A program made the position numbers and the translations under genes. The notes beneath the pieces are model-generated. The model was given only the letters and a program-made list of their open reading frames with translations, searched no databases and was not told where the DNA came from. A DNA stretch of 39,275 bases from a virus (taxonomy: Duplodnaviria > Caudoviricetes): IMG/VR virus record IMGVR_UViG_3300032253_000232, positions 1-39,275 of that record; one strand, written 5' to 3'. Numbering within the stretch: position 1 is the stretch's first letter; every line of letters begins with the position of its first letter. This document shows, piece by piece, positions 9,155 to 16,984 of the stretch.

Positions 9155-10099
9155 CTAAACATCTTTTACCTCTTTCAATGGATAAATTTCAGGCAGGTTT
9201 TTATGTGTGTTTAAAATGAATGTTTTCCAAGTTTTCCACCACTTTAAAGCTTCTTCATCCATTCTATTTATTTCATCATCTGAAAAGTTTTCCCACTTTT
9301 CAACTGAGTGTACTCGACAACCAATTTTTATAAGCTTTGAAGTTAAAATTACATAATATGTTGAAATATTAAGCATCGCATACTTGGTGGTATTTTTACC
9401 AAATACTTCCAACCACTCACCAACTCTCAATGACTCACCAACTTCCAACCACTCACCAACTTCCAACCACTTGCCAACTTCCAACCACTCACCAACTTTC
9501 AATGACTCCTTAACTGTCAACCACTCACCAACTTTCAATGACTCCTTAACTGTCAACCACTCACCAACTTTCAATGACTCCTTAACTGTCAACCACTTGC
9601 CAACTTCCAACCACTCACCAACTTTCAACCACTCACCAACTCTCAACCACTCACCAACTTTCAATGACTCCTTAACTGTCAACCACTTGCCAACTTCCAA
9701 CCACTTGCCAACTTCCAACCACTTGCCAACTTCCAACCACTCACCAACTTTCAATGACTCACCAACTTTCAATGACTCCTTAACTGTCAACCACTTGCCA
9801 ACTTCCAACCACTTGCCAACTTTCAATGACTCCTTAACTGTCAACCACTTGCCAACTTCCAACCACTTGCCAACTTCCAACCACTCACCAACTTTCAATG
9901 ACTCACCAACTTTCAATGACTCCTTAACTGTCAACCACTTGCCAACTTTCAACGACCCACTAACGATGCTTTTGGTAGTAATTAATGGTATCTTTATTTC
10001 AATATGAGATTCAGGGAAAATCAAATCTACATCTAAAGTAAAATACCAACCTTTCTTAACCACACCTTCATAGTTTTCATCAATTATTATCTTTTGCAT
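9155..10099 (-). CDS. Hexapeptide-repeat (predicted beta-solenoid) protein
   Basis: 30 copies of L[KETR]V[GK][EK][WS]; C-terminal IGC.VH..EKW..F..I..M..ALKWW domain of the type found after repeat regions in phage proteins. Confidence 0.85.
   Translation of the reverse strand: MQKIIIDENYEGVVKKGWYFTLDVDLIFPESHIEIKIPLITTKSIVSGSLKVGKWLTVKESLKVGESLKVGEWLEVGKWLEVGKWLTVKESLKVGKWLEVGKWLTVKESLKVGESLKVGEWLEVGKWLEVGKWLEVGKWLTVKESLKVGEWLRVGEWLKVGEWLEVGKWLTVKESLKVGEWLTVKESLKVGEWLTVKESLKVGEWLEVGKWLEVGEWLEVGESLRVGEWLEVFGKNTTKYAMLNISTYYVILTSKLIKIGCRVHSVEKWENFSDDEINRMDEEALKWWKTWKTFILNTHKNLPEIYPLKEVKDV
9413..9952. repeat. Coding tandem array of 30 x 18 bp
   Basis: Units such as ccaacttccaaccactca, ccaactttcaatgactc and ttaactgtcaaccac recur almost without synonymous divergence. 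Confidence 0.95.
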
Positions 10100-10176
10100 T
10101 TGTTCCCCCTAAACTCTTTTCTATATTTTCTTATTACTCTCTCGTAATAATTTTGGTCTTTTTGAATTTCAAACAT
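10087..10176 (-). CDS. Small basic peptide (29 aa, MFEIQKDQNYYERVIRKYRKEFRGNKCKR)
   Basis: AAGGAG RBS; overlaps the start of the next gene. Confidence 0.45.
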   Translation of the reverse strand: MFEIQKDQNYYERVIRKYRKEFRGNKCKR

Positions 10177-10177
10177 T

Positions 10178-10273
10178 TTAAAAATACTCCTTTATATCAA
10201 TAAGGGAGTAAAGAAAAAAAACAGTAAGAATAGAACCGGCTATAATTAGCATTATGTCTTGTGTATCAACCAT
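10178..10273 (-). CDS. Small single-TM peptide (31 aa, MVDTQDIMLIIAGSILTVFFLYSLIDIKEYF)
   Basis: GAGGTG RBS; one hydrophobic helix; first ORF of the leftward early operon. Confidence 0.55.
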   Translation of the reverse strand: MVDTQDIMLIIAGSILTVFFLYSLIDIKEYF

Positions 10274-10730
10274 TTCACACCTCTCTATGTATTCGTTTTG
10301 AGCCATCTGCCAACGGCAACTATTTAGCACCTTATTTAAGGGCTTATATAACTGATAAAAGGCTAAATTCGCTACCTAAAATATGTTTGTATTCCAAGTA
10401 TGCTTTTTTGATTAGATATAAAAGGAGGAAAATATCTATTGAATTGACTTCTTTATCAGTTATATAAACTCTTTGTGAAGTGGTTTTATCCCGCCAAGAA
10501 TAAATAAGATTTCAAGTCTTAGCAATTGCATAGCTGTACTGCACCACTCCACCACTCCATCAAAAGTTTAATTTGTCCGTTTTAGACTAGACACAAGCTA
10601 GTGAGCCACTCCTTGCTGGGCTTCCGATTTAGCGACAATGAATCAAACAAAAAAGGATAGAGTGGATATTTTCCCTTAACTCTAATTTCAGCTACTTTGT
10701 AGAAAGTCTCTTTTTTGTTTGGATATAAGA

Positions 10731-10782
10731 ATCTTATCATTATGACAATTAAAGGAAACTTAAACTATTGTCTTTGTGACAA
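10731..10782 (-). promoter_or_regulatory. PL-like early promoter with two 15-bp operators (10734-10748, 10768-10782)
   Basis: Minus strand TTAAGT-N21-TAAGAT with TG extension; TT(G/A)TC-N5-GA(C/T)AA palindromes shared with the cI/cro region. Confidence 0.75.
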
Positions 10783-10797
10783 TAATTTAATAATTTA

Positions 10798-10806
10798 TGT
10801 TATAAT
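10798..10806 (+). promoter_or_regulatory. Extended -10 promoter (TGtTATAAT) for the immunity-region cargo genes
   Basis: Consensus extended -10 upstream of an AGGAG RBS and ATG 10851. Confidence 0.6.
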
Positions 10807-10850
10807 TCTTTTGCCATTAAAAAAATCATAAAAGGTATAGGAGTTGCTTT

Positions 10851-10973
10851 ATGTTAGAAAATAATAAAAGCAAGGTATTGTTTATGGATAATGTAAAAGC
10901 AAACATAGAAATTGTAAAGTCTATAACAGCTCAACCAGAAGAAAAAGTACATGAGATAATTCCAATTGATTAA
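10851..10973 (+). CDS. Small hypothetical protein (40 aa, MLENNKSKVLFMD...)
   Basis: AGGAG RBS; stop overlaps the start of the next gene. Confidence 0.5.
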   Translation: MLENNKSKVLFMDNVKANIEIVKSITAQPEEKVHEIIPID

Positions 10974-11313
10974 ACTAATTTTCCTATATATAGTATTAGT
11001 AATGAGCCTTGAAGCTAAACACCTGCATAAAGAGAAGTATTATCAAGATATCTTTTGTGCAAAGATGGGCGGTGTAACCGAGTACGTCTTAGAGGATAAG
11101 AGCAGGGTAGACTGTTTAACAAATGAATATGCAATAGAAGTTGACTTTGCACCCAAGTGGACTGAAAGCGTAGGACAAAGTTTATACTATTCTTTAATGA
11201 CCGGTAAGAAAGCCGGGGTATATTTAATCATCGAAAATGAGAAAGAGTATAGATATTTAAAACGATTAAAGAAAGTTGCTGAGAAGTATGATATAAAGAT
11301 ATGGAATGAATAA
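10966..11313 (+). CDS. Secreted restriction-endonuclease-fold (PD-(D/E)XK-like) protein
   Basis: Hydrophobic signal peptide ending SLEA; E...RVDCL...AIEVDF...VGQSLYY motifs. Confidence 0.65.
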   Translation: MIKLIFLYIVLVMSLEAKHLHKEKYYQDIFCAKMGGVTEYVLEDKSRVDCLTNEYAIEVDFAPKWTESVGQSLYYSLMTGKKAGVYLIIENEKEYRYLKRLKKVAEKYDIKIWNE

Positions 11314-11320
11314 TGATGAT

Positions 11321-12001
11321 TTATGATCTACCAATCATTTTTAATCTGCTTCTGCGATTATTGAACTTCAACTTGTTAATAGCAACAACCTTACTAACTT
11401 TCAATTCGTTCATTTCATCATCATCTATTCTTATCGTTTTAGTTTTAAAAATATCAGTTGAGTTATAAGGGATAAACTGCACCATATATGCATCATCATC
11501 ATATAAATATACTTTTACAGCACTTTCATTGCCAATCCTATAGTGAACTATATCACCGCTTTTAACTTCCATGTCAGGATCACAAATTATTTCGTCACCA
11601 TCTTCAATTTCAGGACTCATACTGTCACCATTGGCTACAACACAATATAAGGTATCTTTGAAATTGTCTCCATTATATAAACAAACTCTATCCTCTTGCA
11701 GATGGTTTTCTTCAAGACTTCCACACGATGCTGTTCCTACCACTTTAATTGTTGATACTGGTTTTTTATCACTATGTAAAGAAAAATATGTTTCGTCTAC
11801 TCCGAAATATTGAGCAGATAAAAGCAAGTGGTTAGCAGATAACTTTCTATTGCTGCTAGGGTCTCTTTTTAGAATTTTATTTAAGTTTGGAGCAGATATT
11901 TTAATAAAGTCTGCCAATCCTTTTTGGGTTTTACCTTTATTTTTTAAAAGTTCTAACATTTTATCTATTGTATCCAACACACTAATCCTTATTATTGTCA
12001 A
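11321..12001 (-). CDS. CI-like repressor (HTH plus S24 peptidase)
   Basis: TQKGLADFIKISAPNLNKIL HTH; ASCG cleavage site; GDSMSP Ser and AVK Lys catalytic residues; true start probably slightly downstream. Confidence 0.92.
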   Translation of the reverse strand: MTIIRISVLDTIDKMLELLKNKGKTQKGLADFIKISAPNLNKILKRDPSSNRKLSANHLLLSAQYFGVDETYFSLHSDKKPVSTIKVVGTASCGSLEENHLQEDRVCLYNGDNFKDTLYCVVANGDSMSPEIEDGDEIICDPDMEVKSGDIVHYRIGNESAVKVYLYDDDAYMVQFIPYNSTDIFKTKTIRIDDDEMNELKVSKVVAINKLKFNNRRSRLKMIGRS

Positions 12002-12072
12002 AATGATAACATTTTATAAATTGTCACAAAGATAACTACTTAAAGTTTATTTAATTGTCTTTATGATAAGAT
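11995..12072 (+). promoter_or_regulatory. OR/PR region: three operators (11995-12009, 12021-12035, 12055-12069) and extended -10 TGaTAAGAT
   Basis: ttgtcaaaatgataa, ttgtcacaaagataa and ttgtctttatgataa lie between divergent cI and cro. Confidence 0.8.
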
Positions 12073-12078
12073 TTTTGC

Positions 12079-12336
12079 ATGAAAAGAAAAATAAACAATC
12101 AGACCATCAAAAATTTATTAGTTGAAAAGCAAGTCACTCAAAAAGCTTTAGCTGATTTCGCAAAGATAGATGAACCAAATCTAAGCAAAGCTTTAAATGA
12201 TGATAGAAATATTTCTATGGACTATGTTATTGATATTGCTAAATTTTTTGAGGTAAATCCAATATCAATAACTGTTGCTTACACTAATGAAAATAATACA
12301 AAAGAAGCAACAAATCACACAAGTACAAAAGGATAA
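12079..12336 (+). CDS. Cro-like HTH regulator
   Basis: TQKALADFAKIDEPNLSKAL HTH, with a recognition helix similar to CI; divergent from cI. Confidence 0.88.
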   Translation: MKRKINNQTIKNLLVEKQVTQKALADFAKIDEPNLSKALNDDRNISMDYVIDIAKFFEVNPISITVAYTNENNTKEATNHTSTKG

Positions 12337-12339
12337 TAA

Positions 12340-12804
12340 ATGAACTTAGATAAGAACTTAAATGTATTAGAGGCAACAAAAGAAGTAATTAATAATAGTG
12401 GTATTAGTCGTTTAAAGCTTTCAATCGATTTAGGTATCGAAAAAACCACATTTGATAACAAGATGAAGGCATCTTCTGACTCAAAGTTTTTTATTGAAGA
12501 GGTTTTAGAAATTACAGAGGCTACAGACGATAATCGTATCTTAAAAGCAATGTGTGCAGAAAGAGGAATGATAACTTTTGATCCTATTGAAACAATGCCA
12601 AATGGCGGCGATGTACTTCATGAAACACTTATGAGTATTTTAAGTATTAGCACCGGTACAGGTAATTTGTCAGATTTAATTCATAGAGCAGCAGATGATA
12701 TGAAGTTAGATTCAAAAGAAGCTCAAGATATTTCAAAAACTACAGCGTCATTACGAGAAGTGTTAAGAAAAATGGAAGTAATGTTAGAAAATCATGTAGA
12801 ATAG
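12340..12804 (+). CDS. Phage regulatory CII-family protein
   Basis: HTH-like N-terminus and helical GNLS.LI..A.DD.KLD.KE C-terminus; position after cro. Confidence 0.65.
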   Translation: MNLDKNLNVLEATKEVINNSGISRLKLSIDLGIEKTTFDNKMKASSDSKFFIEEVLEITEATDDNRILKAMCAERGMITFDPIETMPNGGDVLHETLMSILSISTGTGNLSDLIHRAADDMKLDSKEAQDISKTTASLREVLRKMEVMLENHVE

Positions 12805-13076
12805 ATACTCTCTTAAAGTGCCATTCGTGGCATTTGTAGAGGCTATTATACTTAATAGTCGATGGTTTTAGGTTGTTGCTCCCACAGTTGGCAGACCGTG
12901 AGAGCTAGTTTCAAGATACCTCAAAACCAATACACTAGGTCGCTCTAAAGCAACTTGGAATTTTACCATAATTGTAATAAGAGCTTTTTTAACAAACATA
13001 TCAAAGATAAGAGGGTTATCGTGGTTGGTGGCTCTTATCTTGTTTTTGATGTGTTTTACCGACCAAAGGTTTAAAA

Positions 13077-13301
13077 ATGAATCAAAGAGAAAGAATACTA
13101 TCAGACCTTCTTCAAGGTTTAGAAGTAAATATGCTTAAGGATATCCAAAGATATGGAACAAGCTGCAGAAGTAGAATAGCAGAACTTAGAGCAGAAGGCT
13201 ATCCTATTGAAGATAAAATTATCCCTCCTACAAATTATAAGACTTATTTTTTACCGGCTAAATTCTTAAAAGAGCATTATGCTGATAATGAGGTTGCTTG
13301 A
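13077..13301 (+). CDS. Small winged-HTH protein
   Basis: QRERIL..L..G...RSRIAELRAEGYPIE pattern. Confidence 0.75.
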   Translation: MNQRERILSDLLQGLEVNMLKDIQRYGTSCRSRIAELRAEGYPIEDKIIPPTNYKTYFLPAKFLKEHYADNEVA

Positions 13302-14092
13302 TGACTTGGTTCAAAATGTATAACGATTTTATGGATGATGAAAAACTAATTGCTTTAGCCTTTGAAGATCAAAGACACTTTATAGGTATCTTAGCACTTA
13401 AAAGTCAAGGTGTATTAGATAGTGCTACAAAAATATCTGCATTAGACAGAATTGTTGCTCAAAGACTTTGGATAAATGTTTCAATAATTACTGATGTTAA
13501 ACAAAGATTGATTGATGCAGAGCTAATTGACGAAATGTGGCAACCTTTAGCATGGGAAAGTAGACAAAGTGAAAGTTCAAGTGCCGATAGAGTTCGTAAA
13601 CACCGAGCTAAAAAGAAGGTTAACAAAGATGATGTAACAGGTGTAACCGTTACAGGTGTTACATGTAACGCTCCTAGAGGAGATATAGAAGAGAGTAAGA
13701 GAAGAGAAGATAAAGAAGAGATATATATTAGAGAGAGTGAAGCAACTAATAATTTTTTTCTTGAATATCTTGCACTTAGAAAAAAACTAAAACTCTCTAA
13801 TTCTCAGACAGTTGTAACAAGACTTTTAAATAAACTCTATGAGTATTCAAATAAAGGTCATCCAATGGATGATGTAATTGCTAATGCACTTACTGGAAGC
13901 TGGAAAGACTTTTATGAGCCTAAACAGCAAAGCTCTAAAAACCCATCTCAAAGTTTTAAGCAACAAGACGCACAAAAAACAGATAACGCTTTGGATGCTT
14001 TCTTGCAAGCAAGGGAGAATGGATTTGATTTAAGAAACTTACCAGAACATCAAGTTCAAGAAGCGGAGGTAATTACTCATGCAACTAACTAA
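13298..14092 (+). CDS. Phage replication initiator (replisome organiser)
   Basis: WFKMYNDFMDDEK N-terminus; WESRQ..SSADRVRKHR; internal iterons; C-terminal ANALTGSWKDFYEPK. Confidence 0.8.
   Translation: MMTWFKMYNDFMDDEKLIALAFEDQRHFIGILALKSQGVLDSATKISALDRIVAQRLWINVSIITDVKQRLIDAELIDEMWQPLAWESRQSESSSADRVRKHRAKKKVNKDDVTGVTVTGVTCNAPRGDIEESKRREDKEEIYIRESEATNNFFLEYLALRKKLKLSNSQTVVTRLLNKLYEYSNKGHPMDDVIANALTGSWKDFYEPKQQSSKNPSQSFKQQDAQKTDNALDAFLQARENGFDLRNLPEHQVQEAEVITHATN
13631..13738. other. Putative replication origin
   Basis: Five TGTAAC/GTTACA hexamers in 40 bp, followed by a purine-rich tract, inside the initiator gene. Confidence 0.6.
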
Positions 14093-14627
14093 AAATGAAT
14101 TAATAAAAGCTCTTGTGAAAGAATTGAAGCTTGATGATAATATTTTTACATATCAAGCGGTAGCGGAAGAAGTTGAATTTTTGTGTCAGTCTCAACTAAT
14201 GGATTTTTTCAAAGCTGTCATGAGTGCAGAGAGTTTTGGTAATGGTATGAAGGCAATTATTGATATAGCTAAACAGTTCAAGCCAAAAGAGATAGCAGAA
14301 GTCGATAGACTAGAGGTTGAAGCTAAAAAACTAATCTCATTAGTCCACACAATGAACGCTACAATTTTTGATAATGCTACAAAAAGTGGAAGAACTTTTA
14401 TTGATGAACTAAACGGAACAAAATTCAAAGGTATTGATAGCGAGATAGCTATTTTAAATCAAGTTAAGCCGTATTCTGACTACAAACTACTTGTAGGCAA
14501 TATAAGTTGTTACCTTACAAGTTTAGACCAGTTAAACGCATTTAAAAAAGCTCTCACACCAAAAGATAAAAATGAAAACATGATTGAGCATGAAGGAATG
14601 AAGAAGCTTGTTAGGAGTGTTGCATGA
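14079..14627 (+). CDS. Hypothetical protein, possible helicase loader
   Basis: Position directly after the initiator; no motif recognised. Confidence 0.5.
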   Translation: MQLTKNELIKALVKELKLDDNIFTYQAVAEEVEFLCQSQLMDFFKAVMSAESFGNGMKAIIDIAKQFKPKEIAEVDRLEVEAKKLISLVHTMNATIFDNATKSGRTFIDELNGTKFKGIDSEIAILNQVKPYSDYKLLVGNISCYLTSLDQLNAFKKALTPKDKNENMIEHEGMKKLVRSVA

Positions 14628-15271
14628 AAATATTAAATTTATATGCAGGAATAGGTGGTAATAGGAAGTTATGGGGGGGGGAACATCAAGTGACAGCGAT
14701 TGAATTAGATACTAAAGTCGCTGCAGTTTATCAAGATTTATTTCCGCATGATACTGTTGTAGTTGGTGATGCACATGAATATTTATTGAAACATTACAAA
14801 GAGTTTGACATTATATGGGCTTCTCCTCCATGTCCTACACATAGCGACATAAGAAGGTGCGGAGTTCATGCAGGTCAATACGAAGCACTATACCCGGATA
14901 TGACTTTGTACCAAGAAATAATATTTCTTCAAAATTTCGCACTAAAATCTACAAAATGGGTTATAGAAAATGTTAAGCCATATTACACGCCTCTTATCAG
15001 ACCTGATGCTGAAATGCACCGCCATTTATTTTGGAGCAATGCAAGAATATCAAAGATTGATTTAATAGACGATAGGAAACACCAAAAAATCGTAGGAAGC
15101 TCAGAAGTATATGGATTTAGTTTGGAAAATTATGACGTGTCTGATAAACGAAAAGCTTTAAGAAATATGGTAAATCCTGATTTAGCAAAATATATCATGG
15201 ATTGTTTACTTGAAGTTGATTTATTGAAAGATGGTCAACAAGGAAGACTATTTCACGAGGTGGTAGCATGA
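14624..15271 (+). CDS. DNA cytosine-C5 methyltransferase (short, orphan)
   Basis: Motif I LYAGIGG, motif IV SPPCPTHS, motif VI ENV. Confidence 0.88.
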   Translation: MKILNLYAGIGGNRKLWGGEHQVTAIELDTKVAAVYQDLFPHDTVVVGDAHEYLLKHYKEFDIIWASPPCPTHSDIRRCGVHAGQYEALYPDMTLYQEIIFLQNFALKSTKWVIENVKPYYTPLIRPDAEMHRHLFWSNARISKIDLIDDRKHQKIVGSSEVYGFSLENYDVSDKRKALRNMVNPDLAKYIMDCLLEVDLLKDGQQGRLFHEVVA

Positions 15272-15708
15272 GTAAGATACCTCCACCACTAGAAGAAACA
15301 GAACAAAAAACAGTAGTGCAATGGTTGAGAATTAAAAAGATACTTCACTTTGCACCAATGAATGAAAACAAGCAAAGTTCTAGCAATAGACAACAAGCAA
15401 TTAGAATTGAAGCCAAAGCAAAAGCAATGGGTAAATCAAATGGAGTACCGGACTTATTCATCCCTATAGCAAACAAGTATTATCACGGTTTATTTATCGA
15501 AATGAAGAGAAGACCAAAAACTCTAAAAAGTGGTAAGAAAAGTTATAGCGGAATAGCTACTTCTAAAGACCAGGAAACATGGATACAAGAGCTTAGACAA
15601 CAAAATTATGAAGCCTTAGTTTGTTATGGAGCAGATGAAGCGATAGAGGCAATTGAAGCTTATATGAATAATGATATGCCTTATGAAGAGTGGAAGGAGA
15701 TTAGATGA
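15268..15708 (+). CDS. VRR-NUC domain nuclease
   Basis: EETEQ...GVPDLFI...GLFIEMK...Q..W...L..Q.Y...VCYG. Confidence 0.88.
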   Translation: MSKIPPPLEETEQKTVVQWLRIKKILHFAPMNENKQSSSNRQQAIRIEAKAKAMGKSNGVPDLFIPIANKYYHGLFIEMKRRPKTLKSGKKSYSGIATSKDQETWIQELRQQNYEALVCYGADEAIEAIEAYMNNDMPYEEWKEIR

Positions 15709-15863
15709 AGAGACAATCCAAAAGACTTAAAGCATGGTTAATACAAATTCCTAAACTCTCTAAGAGACAACAAGAGCAGATTGCCAACATTGTAGATAAA
15801 GCGTGTGATGATTTTAATAGTATACAAGCAGATAAATTGGAGAGCGTGGATGCAAAGCACTAA
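15705..15863 (+). CDS. Small hypothetical protein (52 aa, MKRQSKRLKAWLIQIP...)
   Basis: AAGGAG RBS; ATGA overlap; similar to the N-terminus of 4600..4908. Confidence 0.6.
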   Translation: MKRQSKRLKAWLIQIPKLSKRQQEQIANIVDKACDDFNSIQADKLESVDAKH

Positions 15864-15945
15864 ATCATTAAATTTTATAACTAATATAGATTGAGTGAGT
15901 AATGATAAAAGTAACTACCCACAATCATAAAATAAAGAGTGCATA

Positions 15946-16410
15946 ATGACAGAAGCACAACGTCTATCTATTGAGTTCTGGGATGCAACAGAAGTATTTG
16001 ATGGTGATGTTAGAGCTTTTGCGGTTGCATTAGGCGGAATGTTAGCAAAAGCTGGAAAAAAGAATGATGTAGAGTATGTGCTTAGGGAAATAGACCACAA
16101 CAGGTTTAAAAAATTTGAACACCTATTTCCTAGAGTGTATGACTTTACAGTAGAGGAAGTCGAACAATGTAAATCCTTAGCTAATTGTAGATTTAGTCAA
16201 GAACTAGGTAGGTATGAAGAGATTGAAAAACTATCAAAAAGTAATGAAATGATGAATAGAAAACTTATAGGTCAAGAGATAGCAAATTTAGAAGCTATGA
16301 AAGAGACTATCGAGAAGATACAAAGTAATCTAAGAAATAATGTTGTTAGTGCTACTCCTAAAGCTATTAAGAAGATAAGAGGCTCACGTTGTCAGGGGAG
16401 TTTGTTTTAA
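15946..16410 (+). CDS. Hypothetical protein (candidate late regulator by position)
   Basis: Lies between the early genes and terminase; no motif recognised. Confidence 0.6.
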   Translation: MTEAQRLSIEFWDATEVFDGDVRAFAVALGGMLAKAGKKNDVEYVLREIDHNRFKKFEHLFPRVYDFTVEEVEQCKSLANCRFSQELGRYEEIEKLSKSNEMMNRKLIGQEIANLEAMKETIEKIQSNLRNNVVSATPKAIKKIRGSRCQGSLF

Positions 16411-16411
16411 G

Positions 16412-16984
16412 ATGGCTAAGTTATCAGACCGTCAAAAGAATAATATTATTGCTAAGTGGAATACAGGAGAATATACAAAAATACAACTAGCAAAAGCATA
16501 TAAAGTTAATGAGAAAACCATAAGGGATATTGTCGGAAAAAAAGAACCGATGAACGCCCATATTGTCGAAGCTAGTGTATTGGTAGAAAAAGCGAAAAAC
16601 TCCGATAAAAGTCCGAGTGAAATCCAAGCAATAGAACAAGCGGTTAAATATAGATTAGAAAAAGAGTTTAATGCTGATAGCAACAAGATAAAAATATACG
16701 ATGTAACTAAAGATATTATAGACGGGGTGAGTAAGCTAATAAAAGGCGGAAAAGCTCAAAAAGTAGTAAGAAAAGGTTTAGGTTTAGGTATAAGTAGTGC
16801 AGTACCAATTGATTATGATTTACAGGTAGAACATTATGCAAAAGCAATGGATACAATAGATAAGGCATCTGTTACATTGAAAGTAAGTGAAAGACACGCG
16901 CCAAGGACAGAGATTAACAATAATAATGCTCAACAAAACAATAATGAAATAGTAGGTTATGGGGTAAAAACAATTGAAGATTGA
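16412..16984 (+). CDS. Terminase small subunit
   Basis: N-terminal HTH; NNNNAQQNN tail; overlaps the large subunit. Confidence 0.75.
   Translation: MAKLSDRQKNNIIAKWNTGEYTKIQLAKAYKVNEKTIRDIVGKKEPMNAHIVEASVLVEKAKNSDKSPSEIQAIEQAVKYRLEKEFNADSNKIKIYDVTKDIIDGVSKLIKGGKAQKVVRKGLGLGISSAVPIDYDLQVEHYAKAMDTIDKASVTLKVSERHAPRTEINNNNAQQNNNEIVGYGVKTIED

Noticed and set aside
9413-9952. Array as CRISPR or DGR template/variable repeats
   Set aside because: No unique spacers, unit is a multiple of 3 and coding, and there is no cas or reverse transcriptase gene in the window
9384-10007. 207-aa plus-strand ORF (NHSPTF repeats)
   Set aside because: Antisense shadow of the 18-bp array; almost coextensive with the repeat and opposes the operon
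10261-10467. 68-aa plus-strand ORF
   Set aside because: No RBS, antisense to the PL leader, and overlaps structured RNA
12878-12911. GCTCCCAC as another late promoter
   Set aside because: No -10 hexamer at the 21-nt spacing; the sequence is part of an RNA stem
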